Assembly (NCBI RefSeq): GCF_044324785.1
Contig: NZ_CP172130.1
Source of the DNA: Escherichia coli
GTDB lineage: Bacteria > Pseudomonadota > Gammaproteobacteria > Enterobacterales > Enterobacteriaceae
DNA: 44,355 nucleotides
Reading direction: 5' to 3' (one strand)
A program made the position numbers and the translations under genes. The notes under the pieces were generated by a model that was not told the DNA's origin, did no database searches, and saw only the letters and a program-made list of their open reading frames with translations. Below are positions 1 through 7,344 of this stretch, piece by piece; position 1 is the stretch's first letter, and the number at the start of each line of letters is the position of its first letter.

Positions 1-855
1 ATGAGGCTTCAGGTGAAAACTGTAACAGGGTTAACGAAAGTCAGGCATAGAAATGAGGTTGGCGTTACTCTGGCATCTCTTTCTCTTTCTGCGAAACGGG
101 TTTTATTTCTCGCACTTTGTCAGATTGATACAAAGGAAATGTTGAATGATGATATTTTGGAGGTTGATGCTGATTTTTTTTCTAAGACAACTACTTTGGA
201 TAAATATGCTGCATATGCGGCCTTAAAAGAAGGTGCAAAAGTTCTGGCTTCAACGACATTAGTTTTAAATAGAGATGATTTAAAAACCCTATCTAATGAA
301 TTGGGAATATCAACATCTAAAAACAAGATACCTGACAGATTGGATTTAAATTTAACCGAATTTTGTGCCTATTATGATCATTTGGCTACTGTTCGTATTA
401 AATTTACTAATACTGCAAAAAGATACTTTTCAAAACTTATTGGCTCTGAAAACAGATATACAACACAGGTGTTAAAATCTGTTGTTATCTTGAACAGTGT
501 AAACTCCACAAACTTATATCAGGTTATCAGAAAATACTATAGTTTAAACCCTGCGAGTAAATCCTTCGAAATTTCAGTTGACCAACTGAAAGAGGAAATG
601 GGGCTTTATAATATTGAAAATGGTGAGAAGGTATACAGATATCCAAAGTACTCTTTTTTTATTCGTGATGTTATAAACAAAAGTATAAGAGAAATCATAG
701 AAAAGACAGAGATAAGGGATATAAAATTTTCAGTGGCAGGAAAAAAAGGACGTATGGTGCATATGCTAAGATTTGATTTTTCTCTCAATGAAGATATTTC
801 TCTTTCTGATGATGAAGCTAAATTCTTGGAAGAGTTTGATAAAAAAGTCCTCTAG
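1..855 (+). CDS. pir: Replication initiator pi protein (Rep_3 family, R6K Pir-like)
   Basis: 284-aa ORF with clear similarity, recalled from memory, to R6K pi protein (MRL.V...RHRNE...LYQLIRKHY...RDV.NK.I.EI..KTEI). Iteron array and inverted-repeat operator lie immediately upstream across the circular junction (44046..44316). Confidence 0.85.
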   Translation: MRLQVKTVTGLTKVRHRNEVGVTLASLSLSAKRVLFLALCQIDTKEMLNDDILEVDADFFSKTTTLDKYAAYAALKEGAKVLASTTLVLNRDDLKTLSNELGISTSKNKIPDRLDLNLTEFCAYYDHLATVRIKFTNTAKRYFSKLIGSENRYTTQVLKSVVILNSVNSTNLYQVIRKYYSLNPASKSFEISVDQLKEEMGLYNIENGEKVYRYPKYSFFIRDVINKSIREIIEKTEIRDIKFSVAGKKGRMVHMLRFDFSLNEDISLSDDEAKFLEEFDKKVL

Positions 856-879
856 TGAATATATGATATGAGGTAACTC

Positions 880-1326
880 ATGGCTAAAATCTATCAATTC
901 CCTCAGGGGGAAGAACGTGCTAAATTCAGGAAAGAAATAGCCAGGGAGCGTAAGAAACGTTTTGCAGTGAAAACAGGGAGCACTTTTGTTAAGTGGCTTG
1001 GCTGGGGATGGTTTTATCTTCGTCTTCTTGTCGCGAGTGTTTTACATTTTATCTTTGTTTTTGTGTTAGCCATTCTTGGTGCGTTTAAATGGGCTGTATT
1101 CTGGCTGGGTGGTATTTTGTGTGTCATCACCTGGTATCATCTCGATCACCAGTTATGGACTCCACAAAATCTGACTATACCGGTGATTACGGCAACCTGG
1201 ATTTTGGGACTGCTGGCTGAGCCTCTGATGGAGCTGCTCAACAAAACTATGCCCTGGCACAAGTTACTTGTTCCCGAACCTGCGGACGAAAGCACCGAGA
1301 ACAGTAGCGAGATAAGCCAGCAATGA
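880..1326 (+). CDS. Small membrane protein immediately downstream of pir (position of bis in R6K/IncX)
   Basis: 148-aa ORF with a basic N-terminus and two or three hydrophobic helices; GAGG-type RBS region; synteny with pir. Assignment as bis is positional only. Confidence 0.5.
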   Translation: MAKIYQFPQGEERAKFRKEIARERKKRFAVKTGSTFVKWLGWGWFYLRLLVASVLHFIFVFVLAILGAFKWAVFWLGGILCVITWYHLDHQLWTPQNLTIPVITATWILGLLAEPLMELLNKTMPWHKLLVPEPADESTENSSEISQQ

Positions 1327-1354
1327 TGCTACTCAGCGGTTATGCCAGTCCCTG

Positions 1355-1468
1355 CCTTTTCACTGTGATGCAGGATAGGGCAAACGCCGTAAAATGACGT
1401 CATTGACGCCATTTTACGGCGTTTGCCCGGTAACCTACAGTCGGTTCTTATTGGAGAATTTTATGAAA
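1355..1468. promoter_or_regulatory. oriT-like / beta-origin-like element, copy A of a ~110-bp inverted repeat pair; contains a perfect 19-bp palindrome
   Basis: GGGCAAACGCCGTAAAATG...CATTTTACGGCGTTTGCCC palindrome; about 85% identical in inverted orientation to 40331..40443 next to taxA; ends in GGAGAATTTT-ATG. Confidence 0.5.
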
Positions 1469-1819
1469 TATCAGGTGAGAGAGTTTATTAACGAAAAATA
1501 TGCTAAGGCTGTTAATATTTTAAATGATAATCTTAAAGAAAACTACCATGTTTTTTATGGAGTAAGATTAAGTGAGATTCTTTTCCCTGCCAGTGAGTAT
1601 GGCTCTGATGCATTCTTTAAAGAGTTTGAATCAATTAACAGTGTAATACTTCCATTAGTAATATTTGATTTTATAGACCGAAAGCCGATTATGGTTATCG
1701 GCTTCGATAAGATACCTGATGCCAGTTTGTTTGAAGGAACAAATATTGTGGTTCTTGAATGTACTACCCTCGCCGATCTTCTGACAAATGATAACATTTG
1801 TTTTTTATATAAAAGCTAA
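1463..1819 (+). CDS. Hypothetical protein (118 aa)
   Basis: ORF-track frame 1394..1819 trimmed to the ATG preceded by GGAGAA. The upstream 23 codons are simply the translated inverted repeat shared with the taxA upstream region. Confidence 0.5.
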   Translation: MKYQVREFINEKYAKAVNILNDNLKENYHVFYGVRLSEILFPASEYGSDAFFKEFESINSVILPLVIFDFIDRKPIMVIGFDKIPDASLFEGTNIVVLECTTLADLLTNDNICFLYKS

Positions 1820-2793
1820 GAATCTCCTATCAGTTTATATTTTCTGCTTGGGTTGCCAAGTGTTATCGAGTCCAGTTCATGTGAGTAATGATGTGTATGA
1901 TAATGTGCTGGATTTTTCAGATAATCAGGGAGTGATATTATTTTTCCGTAGCTAATTGCAGAATAAAACCAGTTGCGGAATGTCTCGCTGTTTGTTTTTA
2001 AAGCATCTTTTGGAATAAATGCTAATTTTATGTTAGAAACGTAATTAACAGGTTTAAGTGTGGTATGTCTGTTTTGTCCAAAGTCTTTTAAAGCATCTGT
2101 AAATTCATATTCTGATGTATAATTTTCTGTCTTATTACTAGGGTGTTTTATCTGGAATATGAATGAATAGTAGTTCTGGCCAAGTATTTCAACGGTGTTT
2201 GAATTTATGCTCAGTTGTTCAATAACCGCTTCTCTTTTATACTCTAATTTGTCTCTGACAGATTGATATACAACCATTGCTGCATGATGTGAACCACCAC
2301 TGTTTAAAGCCACATATCGGTCAATCCAAGAGTAATATTTAACATTAATAGGATCGCGAGGCTTGAAACCTTCATGCTCAATGTGCCATATATTATCCTC
2401 CCAGTCTGAAATATTTTCAGCTTTCAGATTTTCGGCAGGATACATCCCCTCTCCCCACGAATAAAGATCTTTGAACCAACTACCATTTATTACCTTGCTC
2501 CATCCACAACCGAAACTTTTCGAGTCAGTCAGAGATTGTATTTTGTTAAAATCGAAGTCCAGAGAGTGTTTCTTATCTGTAGTTATTAAGTTGCTCAGAA
2601 TTTCAGCCAGATCCCTGTCAATATATCTCAGTGAGTATTCGCTAAATATATTTTCAAGCTGCAATATGGTGTCTGCATCTGCTGTAGGTTTAAATAACTT
2701 AATATCAGCAAGATTTTTAAACGTTGCTGTGGTCAGTTTATGGTGATCTGTCAACCTGTAGAGGTTACAGATCAATTCGGTTAAATATCTCAT
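1816..2793 (-). CDS. Hypothetical protein (325 aa), AT-rich accessory gene, no recognised domain
   Basis: Long uninterrupted ORF convergent with the 118-aa gene; strongly AT-rich codon usage unlike neighbouring backbone genes. Confidence 0.55.
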   Translation of the reverse strand: MRYLTELICNLYRLTDHHKLTTATFKNLADIKLFKPTADADTILQLENIFSEYSLRYIDRDLAEILSNLITTDKKHSLDFDFNKIQSLTDSKSFGCGWSKVINGSWFKDLYSWGEGMYPAENLKAENISDWEDNIWHIEHEGFKPRDPINVKYYSWIDRYVALNSGGSHHAAMVVYQSVRDKLEYKREAVIEQLSINSNTVEILGQNYYSFIFQIKHPSNKTENYTSEYEFTDALKDFGQNRHTTLKPVNYVSNIKLAFIPKDALKTNSETFRNWFYSAISYGKIISLPDYLKNPAHYHTHHYSHELDSITLGNPSRKYKLIGDS

Positions 2794-2817
2794 AGATTTT
2801 CATCCATGCTTCTATGG

Positions 2818-3099
2818 TTAGAATTTTGCAGACTCAAGCAACCAGTGATTCTTTATGTTTTCATCCTGGCTGTTGTACATCGCCAGCGCCGCTTTGAGAA
2901 CGGTTGTTTTGCTCTGCCCTGTTCTGATAGCTTCAGCTTCCAGTATGTCCTCAAAATGGGCAGAAAGTCTGAAGTTCATCAACTTTGGTTTACCCACTAC
3001 AGGCGCTCTGGTAGCGCCGGAGATAAAACGCGCGGTTTCTGCGTTTGTTGCTGGTTGCTGAGATTCATCGATGTTCGGACGGTTTAGTTTCAAAGCCAT
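2818..3099 (-). CDS. Small partition/centromere-binding protein, ribbon-helix-helix type (ParG/ParB-like)
   Basis: 93-aa ORF immediately downstream of the parA-like gene; start chosen at ATG preceded by AAGGGGA; basic N-terminus and short size typical of ParG-like partners. Confidence 0.6.
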   Translation of the reverse strand: MALKLNRPNIDESQQPATNAETARFISGATRAPVVGKPKLMNFRLSAHFEDILEAEAIRTGQSKTTVLKAALAMYNSQDENIKNHWLLESAKF

Positions 3100-3198
3100 G
3101 ACAATTTCCCCTTGTACGGTATGCATTAATAGTAAATATCATACCGTCTTTATATTATCTTTACAATGTAAAGATTGTTATAGATGGTATTGATATTA

Positions 3199-3861
3199 CT
3201 ATAAAATTCCAATTTCCTGCGCTACTAGTTCAATCTGTGCTTTCGCTGTTGAAAGGCTTGATGCCCGGCTAACGTCATGTACCCCTGCCCCTTCATTACA
3301 GGCGCTTTCATACACATCCAGCTCGGATATCCGGGTTTTAAGAGGTTGAATCCAGATGTTGTCCGACCGCAGTAATTTATCCAGATCAATGGCCGCTTTT
3401 CTGTGGCGGGGTTTTGCTGAGTTGATTCTGGTGAACAGCACCCACGGTTCCAGGGCTGCGTTAGCTTTCTGAGCGGTGCGGATTTTCTCTGTAACACTGG
3501 TCAGTGTTTCGCTTTCGAAATCAGAGGACGGCTTAACCAGTGTTACCACGATATCTGATACTGTCAGGGCGCTACGGAACTCCTGGCTGTCGTGGCCGGG
3601 GCAATCGACAATGAGGACTTCACACAGCTTACTAAGTCGCTTAATTTCATTGCTGACGTTTCCGTAAGCTGCGTGAACCGGGATAGTGAGTAAGCCGTTA
3701 TCTGTCCGCTTTTCGTTCCAGCTCAACAGATCGTGGTTTTTATCTGTCTTGAGGATAATTACCGACTTACCTTTATTGACTAGCATTGAGCCTGTGTTAG
3801 CCACGTAGGTACTTTTTCCTACACCACCCTTATCTGATACGACAAGCAAGATTTTACCCAT
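3199..3861 (-). CDS. parA: ParA/ParF-family partition ATPase
   Basis: Deviant Walker A motif KGGVGKST at the N-terminus; 220 aa; followed by a small basic protein; flanked by repeat arrays. Confidence 0.85.
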   Translation of the reverse strand: MGKILLVVSDKGGVGKSTYVANTGSMLVNKGKSVIILKTDKNHDLLSWNEKRTDNGLLTIPVHAAYGNVSNEIKRLSKLCEVLIVDCPGHDSQEFRSALTVSDIVVTLVKPSSDFESETLTSVTEKIRTAQKANAALEPWVLFTRINSAKPRHRKAAIDLDKLLRSDNIWIQPLKTRISELDVYESACNEGAGVHDVSRASSLSTAKAQIELVAQEIGIL

Positions 3862-3882
3862 TTGAGAATTCCTCTCTTTATC

Positions 3883-4110
3883 ATGTAAAGATCATGTAAA
3901 GATCGTCTTGTCTTTACATTGTGTGTTTTCTGTAAAGATGATTTTATCTTTACAGTGTCTTTATATTACATAGGATTTACCATGTAAAGCACAAATAAAG
4001 ACAATCATGTATTTATGTTATCTTTATTTTGTAAAGACTAGCGCATCATTATATTGGCTTTACATAGTAAATCAGTACTTGTCTTTACATCATATTTACG
4101 TTGTAAATTT
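3883..4110. repeat. Array of about 11 TGTAAAG/CTTTACA heptamer repeats in both orientations (candidate centromere/operator, possibly overlapping a res site)
   Basis: Repeated CATGTAAAG, CTTTACA, CTGTAAAG, TTGTAAAG motifs between the par operon and the resolvase gene; a related palindrome CTTTACAATGTAAAG lies at about 3150..3175. Confidence 0.5.
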
Positions 4111-4223
4111 TCATGTGACATTGTCACTTTATGACCAGAGGTCTGTTTTCTGGTTCTTTTAGAGTGTGCCTTTCCTGTCGATCTACTTTCTGGTGCATTT
4201 TGGGTATAGTGGTATAACCTTAT

Positions 4224-4880
4224 GTGAACCGGTTCTGTAATATGACTTCAAATGTACCAACAAGCTTTGTCCGCGCTTATCTGAGAGCTTCAACAGCAGA
4301 ACAGGATGCTTCGCGTGCCCTGGAAACTATCGAGGCTTTTGCCAGGGAAAGAGGCCTGATCATTTGCAGCTACTATATTGAGAATGAATCCGGCACCCGT
4401 CTTGAGCGCCCGGAACTTTTTCGTCTTCTGAGAGATTGCCAACAAAATGACATTTTGCTTATCGAGGATGTGGACAGACTTTCCCGCCTGTCAGGGGAAG
4501 ACTGGAATACGTTGAAGAAAATGATCCGGCAGAAAGACATCCGGGTTATGGCGGTGAATGTGCCGACGACATGGATTAATTCTGGTATGAGTGAGTTTGA
4601 TAGCCGGTTGTTTGCAGCCATTAACGATATGCTGCTGGATATGCTGGCCGCTGTTGCCAGAAGGGACTATGAACAACGGCGGGAACGCCAGAAACAAGGG
4701 ATAGAGAAAGCAAGGAAAGACGGCAAATATAAAGGGCGTAAACCTAATCAAGCCAGACATGATGCAATTATCAGGTTGATAGAAAGCGGTAGCTCCTGGA
4801 CACAGGTACAGAAAGTGCTAGGGTGCAGCCGTGGCACAATCAGTAGCGCAATAAAACGTAAATCCCGGCAATCACTCTAG
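4224..4880 (+). CDS. Serine recombinase (resolvase family), probable multimer-resolution resolvase
   Basis: N-terminal catalytic motif AYLRASTAEQ; size and C-terminal HTH region typical of resolvases. The true start may be the ATG at 4242 (MTSNVP...). Confidence 0.8.
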   Translation: MNRFCNMTSNVPTSFVRAYLRASTAEQDASRALETIEAFARERGLIICSYYIENESGTRLERPELFRLLRDCQQNDILLIEDVDRLSRLSGEDWNTLKKMIRQKDIRVMAVNVPTTWINSGMSEFDSRLFAAINDMLLDMLAAVARRDYEQRRERQKQGIEKARKDGKYKGRKPNQARHDAIIRLIESGSSWTQVQKVLGCSRGTISSAIKRKSRQSL

Positions 4881-5067
4881 TGAGTAGGGAAGCTGTTATC
4901 CTGAATTACTTTGGATATGGGCATATATGCTGGAATAGGGCATTAGATAAAGTAATTGAGCATGTGAATGTTGTAACTAATTCAGGCTGAGCAGAAAATG
5001 CTGTATGTCCAGTCTGTACTGGAATTATACTGGCAACCATGATCATCACAGGAAGAACAAGTAATAG

Positions 5068-5592
5068 ATGGCGACTGAGTGGGTGGATGTGGCTGATAAT
5101 GCCGTTAAAATTGGGCTTGGCTCTGCGCTAACAATATTGGGCGGTTATTTGACGCTCAAATTATCACAGCAGCACGAGTTAAGGAAAGAAGCATTAATTC
5201 AGCGACGTAAAGATTTTGAGGTGAAAGCTGAGCGTTACGTGAATTTTTTATCCTGTTCAAGAATGATGTTACAGAAATATATGATGTCCTCATTAAGACA
5301 TGACTGTGAAGATTATATTGAATATACAAGGCTGCATGAAACGGTATCCCTTACATGCGCAAGTAATACTATGAGAAAGCTGGCCTTTGATGCTTACAAC
5401 GCCGTATCTGATGCCTGCACAATGGGAACAGCAAATCGCGATGAAAAAAAACCAGTCAGGGAAAAAGCTAAAGTGGCTTTAGATAAGTTTCAGGGATTTG
5501 CCAGTGAAGAACTACGTCATGAGAAAGCTGCAATTGAGGTAATGAACAAAAAGCGGGCATTTTGGTCCTTTGGGCGACAAACTGCGCGATGA
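5068..5592 (+). CDS. Hypothetical protein with one N-terminal transmembrane helix (174 aa)
   Basis: Hydrophobic segment VKIGLGSALTILGGYLTL followed by a charged, probably coiled-coil region; AT-rich. Confidence 0.5.
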   Translation: MATEWVDVADNAVKIGLGSALTILGGYLTLKLSQQHELRKEALIQRRKDFEVKAERYVNFLSCSRMMLQKYMMSSLRHDCEDYIEYTRLHETVSLTCASNTMRKLAFDAYNAVSDACTMGTANRDEKKPVREKAKVALDKFQGFASEELRHEKAAIEVMNKKRAFWSFGRQTAR

Positions 5593-5841
5593 TGGTGTCT
5601 GGAACGCGGAAAATCTTGTTTTCTACTCAACAAGAAGAGAGGCAAAAAGAAAGTCGCGTGCTTTTTCTAACACTAAGAGACAGAGATGCCGAAATATTTG
5701 TCACAAGAAAAACTGGTAACAATGGCTATGAAGATGGGATGATTTATGAATGTAATCCCTGAACATTTAATCCTTTTAGAAAAATTCAAATAAAATTTAG
5801 TCAAGAAAAGTGAATACGTTTATGTTTCATAAGGAGTTTTT

Positions 5842-6663
5842 ATGTTGGGTACTTCGTTTCAACAGTTTTCGATAGAGGCGCTTCTTGCTAGTGCTTCACT
5901 ACGCAGTGGACTGACAGCATTGAATAAGTGTAAATATCATGATAAAGGCAGCTTTTATAATGCTTTTTTTCAACTGTCAATTGGTCTGGAACGTTTTTTT
6001 AAAATTATTTATGTTGTTCAGTATATGATTGAAAATGATTTGAATAAACCAACATATATCCATTTGAGGAAATTAGGTCATGATATAAGCATTTTACATC
6101 AAAATGCAGTAAATATTGCAATCAAATACGAGAAAAGAGACAAAGGCAAATGGGTCTTGAATGATGAGCAATCTGCAATATTGACAATGCTATCGGAATT
6201 TGGGAAAGAAACTCGGTATTATAACTTAAATACTATTATTGGAGATAAAAAACTAATGAATGACCCTCTTGAGCAATGGAATTATATTTTGGAGTATTGC
6301 TACTGGAAGTATACTTCAACAACTAAAAGAGAGAGATTGAGTCAAGAAGTAATCTCATGGGCTGAGAGAAATCGATTGTATGGTTTTACTAATGAATTTG
6401 GCCTCGATGGTCATATTATGACGTATGTAGATCAGTATCTATTGAACTGGAAAGTAAACAAAATTTCGCCTTGCATTGCATGGGAAATAATTAGCATGTT
6501 GCAACCGTATTACTTTTTGCTAATGAGATTACGAGATACTGTGCAGTTGATGGAACAAGATAAAGGAATTAAAGACCCTTTAGTACCATACTTTCATGAA
6601 ATTTTCCCATATTTCCTTTTAGATCGTGCAACAGCGAAAAGACGTAGGAATTGGCTTGATTAG
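5842..6663 (+). CDS. Hypothetical protein (273 aa), no recognised domain
   Basis: Long ORF with AGGAG RBS (aaggagtttttATG); AT-rich; co-directional with the upstream 174-aa ORF. Confidence 0.55.
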   Translation: MLGTSFQQFSIEALLASASLRSGLTALNKCKYHDKGSFYNAFFQLSIGLERFFKIIYVVQYMIENDLNKPTYIHLRKLGHDISILHQNAVNIAIKYEKRDKGKWVLNDEQSAILTMLSEFGKETRYYNLNTIIGDKKLMNDPLEQWNYILEYCYWKYTSTTKRERLSQEVISWAERNRLYGFTNEFGLDGHIMTYVDQYLLNWKVNKISPCIAWEIISMLQPYYFLLMRLRDTVQLMEQDKGIKDPLVPYFHEIFPYFLLDRATAKRRRNWLD

Positions 6664-6742
6664 CCGCAATACTATTTCTGAACAGAATGAGTGTATGTCC
6701 AAGTCGGGCGAGAAATTAAACGAGGGGCGTAAAAAAGGCCGC

Positions 6743-6922
6743 TTACGCGACCTCAGCCTTTTGCGGTTTTGGCTTGGTGATATACCACGATAGACAACCG
6801 ACAATAAAACTCATGAACATTCCAGTAAAACGATCATCGATGCCTGGAAACAGGCAACCGACAAACATCGCAACAGGGAAAGGAAGAAGTAAACAGCGCC
6901 CCAAAATGCTCATAAAATCCAT
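6743..6922 (-). CDS. Small hydrophobic protein (59 aa, two predicted transmembrane helices)
   Basis: GGAGG RBS then ATG (MDFMSIL...); immediately downstream of the 31-aa peptide gene and a GC-rich hairpin (6943..6968). Confidence 0.3.
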   Translation of the reverse strand: MDFMSILGRCLLLPFPVAMFVGCLFPGIDDRFTGMFMSFIVGCLSWYITKPKPQKAEVA

Positions 6923-6988
6923 AAATCCTCCTTTGTTAAAGGGCAGGAAGCGGTGCACTTCCTGCCCTTAGTTACGTTTCCGCAGTCA

Positions 6989-7084
6989 TCAATCGATGAA
7001 CTGACGGATCAGTTCCAGAACTGCAATCAGCGCGTTTGCAACGGCGACCACAGCCCTGAGAACGATGATTAACAGGTTAATCAT
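6989..7084 (-). CDS. Candidate type I toxin: 31-aa hydrophobic peptide MINLLIIVLRAVVAVANALIAVLELIRQFID (DinQ/TisB-like)
   Basis: ATG with GGAG 6 nt upstream; the SD lies in a CUCCAG/CUGGAG hairpin; single transmembrane helix; absent from the ORF track because it is under 60 aa. Confidence 0.4.
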   Translation of the reverse strand: MINLLIIVLRAVVAVANALIAVLELIRQFID

Positions 7085-7344
7085 CCGTTTCTCCAGGTTG
7101 ATACTGGAGGAAGTCGCCGTTGCTTGCTCATACATCGCCTGTCACAACGGCTCTCTCACATTGTTGGATGTAGAGTACCTTCCCCCTGCCAGAGCACTGA
7201 ACACAGCACCACCTGTTTGTTCAGCCAGGACTTTAATTCGTTCATACCCAGATAGCGCAGGGTTTAGAAGCAAGGGAGGCACACTGTACAGCGCCAACAC
7301 AAAGATTATACGGGGTCTGACGCTCAGTGGAACGAAAACTCACG

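Noticed and set aside
1394-1819. N-terminal MTSLTPF...CPVTYSRFLLENF extension shared by the 141-aa ORF and the 204-aa taxA ORF, suggesting a shared protein domain
   Set aside because: The shared residues are the translated inverted DNA repeat; each gene has a GGAGAA RBS and ATG immediately after the repeat.
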